A stretch of 64,000 nucleotides of DNA from Octopus sinensis (GCF_006345805.1 NC_042999.1:167090001-167154000); one strand, 5' to 3'; shown: positions 49,209 to 61,500, counted from the first letter of the stretch. Notes: generated from the letters alone by a model not told the origin. Program-made: numbers and translations.

Positions 49209-49438
49209 CTTTATTTAAAGCAGCAGAAAATTCAACAAAACCTGTTACTCTGAGTTTCCCGTTGCCGTTCATCGGACAGTTTTGGTAGTAAAAACTGCCG
49301 ATGAACGGCAACGTGAAACTCAGAGTAACAGGTTTTGTTGAATTTTCTGCTGCTTTAAATAAAGCATATTACTCTACCACTGGTATTGAGTGCTCTTTTT
49401 TCCACCTTGTTTCACATTTATGTGTTTACTCCGGTATC
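49209..49438. mobile_element. Family B short hairpin insertion: ~75-bp inverted arms (49209-49283 and 49291-49364) plus the family 3' end
   Basis: The arms differ by one substitution and one 1-nt indel. Both read CCGATGA. 49365-49438 is the reverse complement of 24519-24590. Confidence 0.85.
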
Positions 49439-49450
49439 TATCTATCTATA

Positions 49451-49487
<37 letters not shown>

Positions 49488-49493
<6 letters not shown>

Positions 49494-51017
49494 TGCCTCC
49501 TCGTTATCGAGTATGGTCATTGCACAAAGCTTAACCGTTACTGGTGCTGTGATCGAATGTCACTTTTTAGCCCAGCCAAAGATCTACAATGTCTTGTACA
49601 GAATTGACAGCTAAAACCTTTACCGGCCAATAGCCGACTGGAGTTGTAACTGGGCTTCATATACTTTTGCATGTCGTTTAAGTCCTCCTGCCGAATTACA
49701 CTCTCTTCCACATGCCTGACAGATATGAGTAGTATGGTGTGTTACACCACCACCAGTGGCCAGGTTGTCACTCATCTGTCTGCTTTATGACTACGAAGAT
49801 GACTCTTCAGTCCAGCTTTACTGAGGCAAGGTCTTGCACAGACATTGCATGTCAGCATCAAAGGAAGACCCTTCCCATCTGGAAGTGTAACAGCGATGCC
49901 CTTCCTGACATCCCTCCTTACTTTCTCATGTGCAACTCGAGATTTCTCAAAAGTGGCTGTCCCCTCGTGCACAATCCTTCTCCACTTGCTACGATCAATA
50001 GCTATGCCTTCCCATGTGTCAGGAGAGATGCAAGCATCTCTTAAGGATGCCTTCAGTAAGTCCTTATACCTCTTTTTTTGGTTTATGTGGAGGTCGTTTT
50101 CCTTTAGCTAACTCTCCATAAAAGAGTTGCTTTGGCATCCTTGAATCCTTCATCCTGACCAGATCACCACTCCATCTGAGCCTTTGCTTTAACACAAGAG
50201 CTTCTTTACTTTCACACCGAGAGCCTTCCAATATTTCAAGATCACTGATGCGGTCCTTCCATTTAATGCCATAGATCCGTCTGAGGCACATCTGATGGAA
50301 ATGTTCCAGTTGTTTAAGGTGGTATCGATATGTGACCCACGTCTCGTAGGTATAGAGAAGAGAAGGAAGCACACATGCCTTGTACACCTTTATCTTTGTC
50401 TTTCTGCATATGTCTCGCCGACTCCAGAGGCGCCTTTCTAGCCTTCCGAAAGCAACACTCGCTTTCCTAATTCTATATGAAATTTCATCATCCAAATTGC
50501 TATATCTATTAATAGTGCTTCCCAGATAGACAAGCTGATCAACTACATCAAGTCGTTTACCATACACATAGATATTTGGTACACTATACTGCTTACCAGG
50601 AGCAGGTTGATGCATGACAACAGTTTTCTTGAGATTGACTGTCAATCCTAAGGCAGTGCAAGCATCAGAGAATGCATTCAAAATGTGTTGCATATCAATC
50701 TCTGTGTGTGCTACTAGCTCACAATCATCTGCATACAAAAAGTCTCTTATGATAGAGGTAAATACCTTTGTTTTTGCAACTTGGGTGTCCTTGAAAAGTT
50801 CCTTGCTTTGGTTAGTCTTTTCATGAAAATATGAATGGTAGGGTGAATGTTAGAGAGAAAATGTCGGAGCCCATTTCAATACAAAATGGAGTGAAACAGG
50901 GGGATATTCTGGTACCGACCCTATCTTCCATATATTTTGCGATGGTGTTCTGTATTGCATTCAGAAACTGCAGATACGGTGTTTACGTCCATTATCGAAC
51001 CTCTGGTAGCATATTTA

Positions 51018-51020
<3 letters not shown>
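49488..51020 (-). mobile_element. RTE-clade LINE, 5'-truncated with an inverted 5' segment (50781-51020 on the plus strand)
   Basis: Minus ORF 50064-50738 (YADD, YLGS, YKACVLPSLLYxxETW, RLRWSG), a C-terminal CxxC..HxxxH and a 3' UTR ending in (TA)n. The plus segment encodes GCPEKFL..FHENMNGRV...NGVKQGDIL.PTL...YRTSGSIFN. Confidence 0.9.

Positions 51021-51082
<62 letters not shown>
51021..51082. repeat. (CA)n microsatellite
   Basis: Seen directly. Confidence 0.95.
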
Positions 51083-51095
<13 letters not shown>

Positions 51096-51099
51096 CGGG

Positions 51100-51477
51100 A
51101 GCTTGGTTCGCAACCACATGGTTCCGAGTCCAGTACCCCCACTGCGTGGAACCTTGGACAAGTGCCTGGGGCCGACCAATGCCTTGTGAGTGGATCTGGT
51201 GAACGGAAACTGAAAGAAGCCGTCGTGTATATATATATATATATTTATATATGTATGTATGTATGTATGTATTTGTGTGTCTGTGTTTGTCCCCCCCCAT
51301 CGCTTGACAGCTGACGTTGGTGTGCTTACGTCCCTGTAATACAGCGGTTCAGTAAACGAGAACGGTAGAATAAGTATAAAGCTTACAAAGAATAAGTCCT
51401 GGGGTCGATTTGTTCGACTAAAGGCGGTGCTCCAGCATGGCCGCAGTCAAATGACTGAAGCAAGCAAAAGAATAAAA

Positions 51478-51480
<3 letters not shown>
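51100..51480 (+). mobile_element. SINE S1 (5' end eroded)
   Basis: caaccacatggttccgagtccagt...gaaagaagccgtcg...gactgaagcaagcaaaagaataaaaga. Confidence 0.8.
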
Positions 51481-51514
<34 letters not shown>

Positions 51515-51576
51515 TGGCTTAGCATGCATAAAAAACCATAAATGTAAATAATTATTAATAAATTATAAACGATACT

Positions 51577-51980
51577 GAGGCGGCGAGCTGGCAGAATCGT
51601 TAGCACGCCGGGCGAAATGCGTAGCCGTATTTCGTCTACCGTTACGTTGTGAGTTCAAATCCCACCGAGGTCGACTTTGCCTTTCATCCTTTCGGGGTCG
51701 ATAAATTAAGTACCAGTTACGCACTGGGGTCGATGTAATCGACTTAATCCGTTTGTCTGTCCTTATTTGTCCCCTCCATATTTAGCCCCTTGTGGGTAAT
51801 AAAGAAATAGGTATTTCGTCTGCTGTTACGTTCTGAGTTCAAATTCCGCCGAGGTCGACTTTGCCTTTCATCCTTTTTTGAGGTCGATAAATTAAGTACC
51901 AGTTGCGTACTGAGGTCGATCTAATCGACTGGCCCCCTCCTCCAAAATTTGGGGCCTTGTGCCTTCAGTAGAAAAGAATA
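51577..51980 (+). mobile_element. SINE S2, composite with an internally repeated body and two different tails
   Basis: Head gaggcggcgagctggcagaatcgttagc. The segment gtcgactttgcctttcatcc...gtcgataaattaagtacc occurs twice. Confidence 0.8.
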
Positions 51981-52219
51981 ATGAAGGCTACTAGAGATAG
52001 ACACCAGCATGCTAAAATAGCAGTCAGAAACGATTTATGACCTCAAATTTACACTAATAAATTGAAAAGCTTTTCAATTTACGATCTTTTTCGTTATTTG
52101 TATGGCGTCTTATGGTTTTTTTGCCCATTTTCCCGATTTCTCCTTTGTGAAAATTTGTAGTCATAAGTCGTTTCTGACTGCTATTTTAGCATGTTGGTGC
52201 TATCTCTAGTAGCCTTCAT
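51981..52219. mobile_element. MITE-like foldback element with ~60-bp TIRs
   Basis: 51981-52041 (atgaaggctactagagatag...gatttatgac) is the near-perfect reverse complement of 52160-52219. Confidence 0.75.
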
Positions 52220-52235
52220 AATTAATATATATATA

Positions 52236-52650
52236 TGGCTGTGTGGTAAGTAGCTTGCCTACCAACCACATGGTTCTGGGTTCAGTCCCACTGCGTGGCA
52301 TCTTGGGCAAGTGTCTTCTGCTATAGCCTCGGGCCGACCAATGCTTTGTGAGTGGATTTGGTTGACGGAAACTGAAAGAAGCCTGTCGTATATATGTATA
52401 TATATATATGTATGTATGTGTATGTATATGTTTGTGTGTCTGTGTTTGTCTCCCTAGCATTGCTTGAGAACCGATGCTGGTGTGTTTACGTCCCCGTCAC
52501 CTAGCGGTTCGGCAAAACAGACCGATCGAATAAGTACTGGGCTAACAAAGAATAAGTCCCTGGGTCGATTTGATCGACTAAGGGCGGTGCTCCAGCATGG
52601 CCGCAGTCAAATGACTGAAACAAGTAAAAGAGTAAAAGAGTAAAGAGTAA
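52236..52650 (+). mobile_element. Near full-length tRNA-derived SINE S1
   Basis: A-box-like TGGCTGTGTGG, B-box-like GGTTCAGTCC, internal microsatellite and an (agtaaaag)n tail. Confidence 0.88.
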
Positions 52651-53336
52651 TATATATATACATGTTTCTCTGACTCTGTGTGTGTGTGTGTGCATATGTG
52701 TTTAAAAATGATATTCTCACATACATATTTCTCTTTTGCACGCGCACATACATCTATATGCACTGCACACATACATTTTTCAACACATATACACACATAC
52801 ACACTGAGAGACACAAACACTTACTCGTGTGTGTTAAATGAAATTGAAGTAATCTTTATGTTCATTTCTCATGGAGTGTTTTTAACCGCTTTAATCTATG
52901 GTGGTTAGTTTTAATGAGAATTTTTTTTTTTTACTTATCCTAACTAATTATTCGATCATTCATCTTAATTAACTTGTCTTACTGCAACTTGACGACTAGG
53001 TTTGTTCATATATATATGTGTGTGTATGCTCACGCACGCGAACACACACACACGCACGCACACAGACACACAAACACACTCACTCACACATAAAATATAT
53101 ATTAAATAAAGTGTTTAAAATATATTCATATTATAATTAGCATATCACTACAACACTGTTTAAACGTAGCTCGAATATATGAAAAATAAGATTACAAAAA
53201 GTTGTTAAAGAAAAAAATAAACTTCGTGAACAGAAAATCTTTTTCCTTAATTCTTTTAAATGTCAATTTTATATCTAGAGAGAGAAAGAAAGAGAGAGAG
53301 AGAGAGAGAGTGTGTGTGTGTGTGTGTGTGGTGTGT

Positions 53337-53375
<39 letters not shown>

Positions 53376-54026
53376 CGTGCGCGCGTACGTGTGAGTGTGT
53401 GATGGAGCGGTGGTGAGGAAGAGAGAGAGAGAGGAGGAGAGGAAGAGAGAAACACGGAGAGAGAAAAGGAATATCTCAAACTTGTTTTTCTGTTTTTGTT
53501 TTTACGCTTGCGACAGACTATTAAATATGAAGGACATGGATTCCGTATGATAAAAGTATTTGAAGAAAAATTAGGTCAGTTAAGAAATACGTCTGATATT
53601 TGTGCGTGTGGTCTGCAGTCTGTTTCAAGAGTTGGTACGCTATCTGGTGCCAACTTGTTGTCTAACAGCATCGCGTCTAAAAAGTAAGAGAGACTGGCAA
53701 TATAGCGGCCAGTCGTGAAAAGTTTATCTGACTCTATTGCCTCGTGATAGAAGCAGTTCTCAGCAAATCTCTATTCCTAGCTGTTATATTTGTTCGTTGA
53801 AACCCGTCAGAACATATGGTAGATATTATAAGAAAACCATGTCACTCATCGCCACTAGAAGCCTGTTTGCTTCTTCATCAAGATAGCATCTCTAAATGGC
53901 ATCCAGGTAAAATAGGAGTCAAGGTCATTTGACTGGGTGATAAATACTAGTGATAACATCCAATTATTTAACGTTTCAGTGCAATTTTAATACTGACTAG
54001 AATACCTGCACGCGTAAATATATATG

Positions 54027-54059
<33 letters not shown>

Positions 54060-54072
54060 TCATACATACATA

Positions 54073-54117
<45 letters not shown>

Positions 54118-54139
<22 letters not shown>

Positions 54140-54418
54140 GTGTGTGTGTATATATATATATATATGCACGCCGGGAGAAATGCTTAGCAGTATTTCGTCT
54201 GCGGTTACGTTCTGAGTTCAAATTCGAGGTCGACTTTGCCTTTCATCCTTTCGGGGTCGATAAATAAAGTACCAATTTCGCACTGGAGTCGATGTAATCG
54301 ACTTAATCCCTTTGTCTGTCCTTATTTGTTCCCTCTGTGTTTAGCCCCTTGTGGGTAGTAAAGAAATATATATATGTATATATATATATGTATATATATA
54401 TATTTATATATATATATT

Positions 54419-54469
<51 letters not shown>

Positions 54470-54746
54470 GTGTGTGTGTATATATATATATATGCACGCC
54501 GGGAGAAATGCTTAGCAGTATTTCGTCTGCGGTTACGTTCTGAGTTCAAATTCGAGGTCGACTTTGCCTTTCATCCTTTCGGGGTCGATAAATAAAGTAC
54601 CAATTTCGCACTGGAGTCGATGTAATCGACTTAATCCCTTTGTCTGTCCTTATTTGTTCCCTCTGTGTTTAGCCCCTTGTGGGTAGTAAAGAAATATATA
54701 TATGTATATATATATATGTATATATATATATTTATATATATATATT

Positions 54747-54775
<29 letters not shown>
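54118..54775 (+). repeat. Tandem duplication (~328-bp period) of a truncated S2 SINE plus microsatellite
   Basis: tgcacgccgggagaaatgc starts at 54165 and 54493. The copies are essentially identical. Confidence 0.9.
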
Positions 54776-54778
<3 letters not shown>

Positions 54779-54799
54779 CATATATATATATGTGTATAT

Positions 54800-54840
<41 letters not shown>

Positions 54841-54842
<2 letters not shown>

Positions 54843-55140
54843 GGGGCACAATGGTTAGGGCAGCGGACACGCGGTCGGAGGATCGCGGTTTCGATTCTCA
54901 GACCGGGCGTTGTGAGTGTTTATTGAGCGAAAACACCTAAAGAGCTCCACGAGGCCCCGGCAGGGGGTGGTGATCCCTGCTGTACTCTTTCGCCGCAACT
55001 TTCTCTCACTCTTTCTTCTGTTGGCCTGCTCGCTTAGCCAGCGGGGTGGCGTCATTTGAAGGCTAAAACAATGCGAAGCGCATTGTGGCCAGCGATGTGT
55101 AACAGCATCTGATGGTCTGGTCAGTTACGTGATCATGTGA
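54841..55140 (+). mobile_element. SINE with the S3 head and an alternative RTE-like tail (S3b)
   Basis: The first ~175 bp align with 4552-4735. The tail ttggcctgctcgcttagccagcgggg...gtgatcatgtgat differs from that copy and matches 61011-61117. Confidence 0.82.
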
Positions 55141-55511
55141 TATATATATATATATTCATTAACTCAGAAACAGTATGAAAAGTATTTCTTTTTATGTGAT
55201 CGTTTTTAGTTTCGGTTCATCTCACTTACTTTGTCATTTTGTTTTCCTCTTTACTCTACAGATATCTATCTATCTATCTATCTAACAACTTTTGTATTTC
55301 TTTTATATACAGACGCACACAGAACATTGCGCGCGGAATGGAAGCGTTGAAATACGCTTGAATCATATTCGAATCCGTAAGAAATCCATTCACTATATTT
55401 GGAGCGAGAAACTTTTCTCCATGACAAAATACAGTGAATAGCTTTCTTACGGGTTCCAATACGCTTGAAGCATATTCAAACTGGTAACAAGTTTATATAT
55501 ATATATATACA

Positions 55512-56455
55512 GGATCTTTTCGCTTTGACCGGCAGATTTTTTAAATAATTTCTTTGTAACTAAACACTTTTAAGCTTCGTATACTGGTAGAATGTGTTTA
55601 TAAAACATCTTTTTCTCTTGGCTTTCTTGAGAAAATTCTGTAGTTCGTAAGCTATTTGGTCTTTAATTTCTTGCATTTCGGCAATCAATGACGTCTATTA
55701 AGATGAAAACAATTTCTCCGGAGCGTTGTCAACAACAATAATTTCCCGTGTCATATGAATTTGTCCCTGTTATTTATGAGAAAAAAAGATACCCTGTGGC
55801 CATAAACTGAGGGGTCACTCGTAAACAGAGCTGGATAACAAAACCGTTCCCTCTTTAGTGTCCACCCATAATTATGACCCTTGCATTTCAATCTGTTTTA
55901 GGGTTTGGGTTAGGGTTAGGAGTTGGGTTAGTGTTAGGGTTAGGGTTAGGGTTTAGGTTAGGGTTAGGGGTGGGGGGAAGGGTTTCTTTTTTCTTCAGAA
56001 ATGTAAATAAACCCAATCTGTTTCTTAAACGAATATATAATATGAAATATGTGTATCTGTGCAACAGAGAGGAAAATTAAATCTGCATATGTTGTGAACT
56101 TAGAATATGTGTTTATTAATAAAAGTTTAATAACGATAATCTTTTATTCATACGAACGTAACTGATATGAAATATGTCATAAATAACAGCAACAATTTCA
56201 TATGACACCGGAAATTATTGTAGTTGACAACGCTCCGGAGAAATTGTTTTCACCTCAATAGACGTCATTGATTGGTTGAAATTGCCGAAATGCAAGAAAA
56301 TAAACAACAAATATCTTACAAACTACAGAATTTTCTCAAGAAAGCCAAGAGAAAAAGATGTTTTATAAACACATTCTACCAGTATACGAAGTTTAAAATT
56401 TTTTAGTTAAAAAGAAATTATTTAAAAAATTTGCCGGTCAAAGCGAAAAGATCTT
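55512..56455. mobile_element. Foldback/MITE element with ~260-bp TIRs in a TA context and internal telomere-like repeats
   Basis: 55512-~55770 is the reverse complement of ~56193-56455, with termini (g/a)gatcttttcgctttgaccggca. Confidence 0.85.
55897..55968 (+). repeat. Interstitial degenerate (TTAGGG)n repeats
   Basis: About 11-12 imperfect TTAGGG units, seen directly. Confidence 0.85.
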
Positions 56456-57762
56456 ATATACATATATATATACATATTAAATAAATAATTAAATAATTTA
56501 ATAAATTTAATAAATATATTAATTAATGATAGTAGTGTTGTGTTTGCAGTTCTGTATGTGGTTTGAGTATTAGTCAATAAGAGTTAGTAAAGGTTCTTTA
56601 AATACTTATAGTTAGATTATATTTTGATGTTTATTTTATTACTAAATATTTAATGGTTTTAATGAATATAGATTATATGATGGTTTATAATTTTGAATGT
56701 ATAGGATAATAATTTTTTTCTTTATGTAATACTTTTTATAATGATAATATGTACTTTATTTATTCAATTAAAGAACAATGTATTTGATCTAAATATAAAT
56801 TAGTTTACCTATATAATAAGTTTAATTTATTATTGTTTAGCATTTATTTTGAGTATTAATATGATATATAAAATATATTTATTTTATACTACAGTTGAGT
56901 TTATAGTTTGTAATAAATTTGTTAAATTAATCAATATGTATGTATTTTTTATATATTTCGAAGTAGATTTATTTAGATGTTTATTTAATTAATATTATTT
57001 AATGAATTTTATTAGAATATAGTTTTTTATATTAATTATTGGTCATATTATAGATAATGTTTGAATTACTACTGAATTAATTTTGAATGTGTCTAATAGT
57101 CATATTTTTATTTTATTTAAATTAAGATTTGACTACAACGTAACCTTTTTCATATAAAATTAATTAATTTTTACAAGATTTTTAGAGTATATACAGTAAT
57201 TTGTAGTTATATAAATTATTTAATTTATAGAGTATTGAGTATAATTTATTGTAGTTATTTTTAACTATGAATTTTATAGTATATAGTGATTTTATTCTCT
57301 AATAGTGGCTTTGTTCTCTTTATCTATTTAGCTATACTATAGCCGTATTTTCCATTGATAATATCTATTCATAATTTTCATTGATAAAATATATTCGTAG
57401 TTTTCATTGTTAAAAGAATTTTTCATCTGTTTATTCTATTTCTGTTAATAACGTAATTCCACGAGTATTCTTATAAACGCTTAAAAGACGTTTTCCGTTT
57501 TAAAATTTTAGTTAATGACACGGTTTTGAAAACTAAGTAAACCTTTTCTGTTTAAGATTTTAAAGTATTTTAATAAGTTTTATTGTATTATATTGTATAC
57601 TTTATAACTACTGATTGTTAATTTGATTCTATAATTATTTAGTTGTTGATGATATGTATTTAATTATTAGATTTATTACAGTACGTTATTTGTAAGATAT
57701 TACTTAGCCAACGAGATATATAGATCGTAAAATAGTAATACGGTTTTTAAGATAGGTTATAT

Positions 57763-58102
57763 CAGTGCGTAACTGGTACTTATTTAATCGACCCCGAAAG
57801 GATGAAAGGCAAAGTCAACTTCGGCGGAATTTGAACTCGGAACGTAACGGTAGACGAAATACCTATTTCTATATCTTTACTACCCACAAGGGGTTAAAAG
57901 CAGAGGAGACAAGCAAGGACAGACAAACGGATTAAGTCGATTTCATCGACCTCCAGTGCGTAACTGGCATTTAGTTTATCGATCCCGAAAGGATGAAAGG
58001 TAAAGTCGACCCGGCGGAATTTGAACTCAGAACGTAACGGCAGGCGAAATACCGCCAAGCATTTCGCCCGGCGTTCTAACGTTTCTGCCAGCTCGCCGCC
58101 TT
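57763..58102 (-). mobile_element. SINE S2 composite
   Basis: Reverse complement of the 51577-51980 organisation. Confidence 0.8.
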
Positions 58103-58121
58103 CATATATATATGTATATAT

Positions 58122-58285
58122 AGGCGCAGACCTGGCTGTATGGTAAGAAGACTGCTTCCCAACCACATGGTTCCAGGTTCAGTCCCACTGTGTGGCGCCT
58201 TGGGCAAGTGTCTTCTCTTATAGCCTCAAGCCGACTAAATCCTTGTGAGTGGATTTAGTCGACGGAAACTGAAAGAAGCCCGTCC

Positions 58286-58339
<54 letters not shown>

Positions 58340-58560
58340 TCTATGTGTCTGTGTTTGTCCCCACATCACCGCTTGACAGCTGGTGTTGGTATGTTTACGT
58401 CCACGTATCATAGCGGTTCGGCGAAAGAGACCGATAGGATAAGTACTAGGCTTTAACGAAACGTCCTGAGATGATTTGTTAGTCTATAACTCTTCGAAGC
58501 GGTGCTCAAGCATGACCGTAGTCAAATGACTGAAAAAAGTAAAAGAAAAGAATAAAAGAA
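58122..58560 (+). mobile_element. Full-length SINE S1
   Basis: Starts aggcgcagacctggctgtatggtaagaagactgcttcccaaccacatgg and has the S1 body and tail. Confidence 0.85.
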
Positions 58561-58573
58561 TATATATATACAT

Positions 58574-58620
<47 letters not shown>

Positions 58621-58627
58621 TATAAAT

Positions 58628-58692
<65 letters not shown>

Positions 58693-58788
58693 CTATATAT
58701 ATATAATATATATACATATATATATATGTTTAAAACACTTCATTTCATCTGTAAATGGATGACACTGCAACGGAGTGACATTTCGTTC

Positions 58789-58930
58789 GGGCTTCATGCG
58801 ATTTAAAGTTTCGTGGACCATTAATAGAAACCCGTCTTCTTCAGGCTTGGATTACCGATTCGCTAATCTAAAATCTGAGAAAAACGGGTTTGTGTTGGAG
58901 GTCTGCGAAACTTTAAGTTGCATGGAGCCG
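58789..58930. repeat. Old, diverged inverted repeat of an HHR-like motif (family D)
   Basis: 58789-58845 and 58874-58930 are roughly three-quarters identical as reverse complements. The left arm on the minus strand reads CTGAAGA...GAAACTTT. Confidence 0.55.
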
Positions 58931-59596
58931 TATCAAAACTGTTTTAAATAATGATTTCATATTTTAGCACAAGCTCAGCAATTTTGAGGGAAGTCGATTA
59001 TATCAACTGGTACTTACTTTATCGGACTCAGAACGTAAACACGGACGAAATGTCATTAAGTATCTCACCCGGCGGGCTTATGATTCTGCTAGTGTTCAGT
59101 GTCTTCTCGGTGTGCGTGTACTTATATGTGGGTGTGTATCCGCGTGCGTAAGAAGTAGCTGAATGTCTCATTCTCTTTCTTTCTTCCTCATCACTCTTAC
59201 TTTGCTTTCGACGATCCCGTATATTGTCATACGAGAGGATGAAATACGTCACTAAAAGGTTGGACGAGCATTTTGCGTTTTACTGTTATTACCATTTTTT
59301 ATTTTGCTGGCTATAGTTATTACAGTGACATGTCGGGAAACAGTCTTTCAAACATATATATTAACCTCACAAATTAGTCCAGTCCTTATCTCATCGAATT
59401 CGTAAGAATAAGAATGAGCATGGTGTGAAAATGTTTCAAACCTCAGAAGGAAAAGCTTTGTTTAAAAATAGCAGGAAAGAGGAAAGGCTTTATACACACA
59501 CACACACACACACACCACACACACACACACCATATATATATATACATATAAACTTAAGTAGATGTACATGCTCATATCTATACGTGTATATATATA

Positions 59597-59660
<64 letters not shown>

Positions 59661-59663
<3 letters not shown>

Positions 59664-60554
59664 GAAAGAAGAAGGTTTGAAAATGCAATTCAAAAGATGT
59701 TTATTTACTTTACCGGTTTCACTCTTTGGAAAAAGATTGTGAAAGGTAACATGTAGAAGTTTGTTTGCGTTTGGTTGTCACAAATTGCTACATTACATAT
59801 ATACAGTCTTTGGTAACAGGGACATGTTAAGGACATAAAAAAGTTCAACAAGTTCCTTAAAATATTGGGCACAAAAGATTACTACATAAATAATAATTCT
59901 CAAGGACATGCATAAGATAGTTTCCAGAAGGAATTGATATTGGTATTGGTATTGTATCTGTATATTCAAACATAGATAATAGATAATAGGTCAGTTTTAG
60001 CTTCACTACTATTATAATGTAAATCTTTTTGAACTCATAATATTCTGTACGTGTATACTGAACTTTTTTAATAATTCCTTCTGGAAATTATCTTGAGAAT
60101 GTATAATATATTTGTAATCTTTTGTGCCCATTATTTCAATGAGCTTGTTAAACTCTTTTATATTCTCAACATGCTCTTGTCACCAAAGAATGTATATTTA
60201 TATGGATTGTAGTACTCTGTGTCAACCAATATTCTGTGTATGTTTGAATATACAGATACAACACCAATACCAATATCAATTCCTATGGAAACTATCTTAA
60301 GCATATTCTTGAGAATGATCATTTATATAGTAATCTTTTGTGCCCAATATTTTAAGGAACTTGTTGAACTTTTTTATGTCCTTAACATGTCCCTAATACC
60401 AAAGACTGTATATATGTAATGTAGCAATTTGTAACAACCAATAATTAACGCAACCAAACTTCTACATGTTACTTTTGACAATCTTTTTCCAAAGAGTGAA
60501 ACCGGTAAAGTAAATAAACATCTTTTAAATTGCATTTTAAAACCTTCTTTCGTA
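59661..60554. repeat. Inverted repeat with ~315-bp arms (59661-59974 and 60239-60554) bounded by (TA)n
   Basis: The arms align as reverse complements. The spacer contains a third partial, more diverged copy at ~60070-60180. Confidence 0.85.
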
Positions 60555-60593
60555 TATAATTCCACTCGTGCAGTACCATACAACTCCACTTTG

Positions 60594-60662
<69 letters not shown>

Positions 60663-60914
60663 TATATGCATACGTGGGCACAGGACGTCACAAAACGTAT
60701 ACAACAAAAAATACGAAGTACGAGTGCGTGGAATATAAATATTTTTCGAACAACGTAGATACAAATGGAGAACAAGACAAGCAACATAAGGAACGACATT
60801 TCATCAGTTGTTGGCTGTTTTTCTACTCACGTATTTCGATATATGTATATATTGTGTGGTTGTGTATATATGTGTGTGTGTGTATATATGTGTGTCTGTG
60901 TATATATATGTATA

Positions 60915-60953
<39 letters not shown>

Positions 60954-60966
60954 TATATATATAATA

Positions 60967-60997
<31 letters not shown>

Positions 60998-61010
60998 CAT
61001 ATATCACCGT

Positions 61011-61117
61011 GACCACCGTGACCGAGCAGGCTATCAGATGTTGCTACACATCTCTGGTCACAATACGCTTCGCATTCAAATGATGCCACCCCGCTGGCTA
61101 GGGGAGCAGGCCAAGCT
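61011..61117 (-). mobile_element. Isolated S3b/RTE-like 3' tail in (TA)n
   Basis: Its reverse complement matches 55020-55140. Confidence 0.75.
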
Positions 61118-61119
61118 GT

Positions 61120-61164
<45 letters not shown>

Positions 61165-61500
61165 AATATATATATATATATATTTTATATATAGAGGGCA
61201 TAATTATACATACATGCCAGGAGGCATTATATATACGTGCCAAACGCTGGCATAATTATACATACATGCCTCCTGGCATGTATGTATAATTATGCCCTCT
61301 ATATATAAATTAATATGTTCAATAAGAAATAATTATTTTCGAAATTTTTTCTCTTATGAGGTTTTTACGCTATCTACCTGACAATTCTTGTTAAGTTTTC
61401 CTTATTAAGTAGTTGTCCTTAATTGCAATATTATATATATATAATATATATATATATAATATATATATTATATATATAAAATATATATATATATATATAT

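Noticed and set aside
55897-55968. Chromosome end or telomere fusion site
   Set aside because: The repeats are short, degenerate, in one orientation and enclosed within the TIRs of a foldback element.
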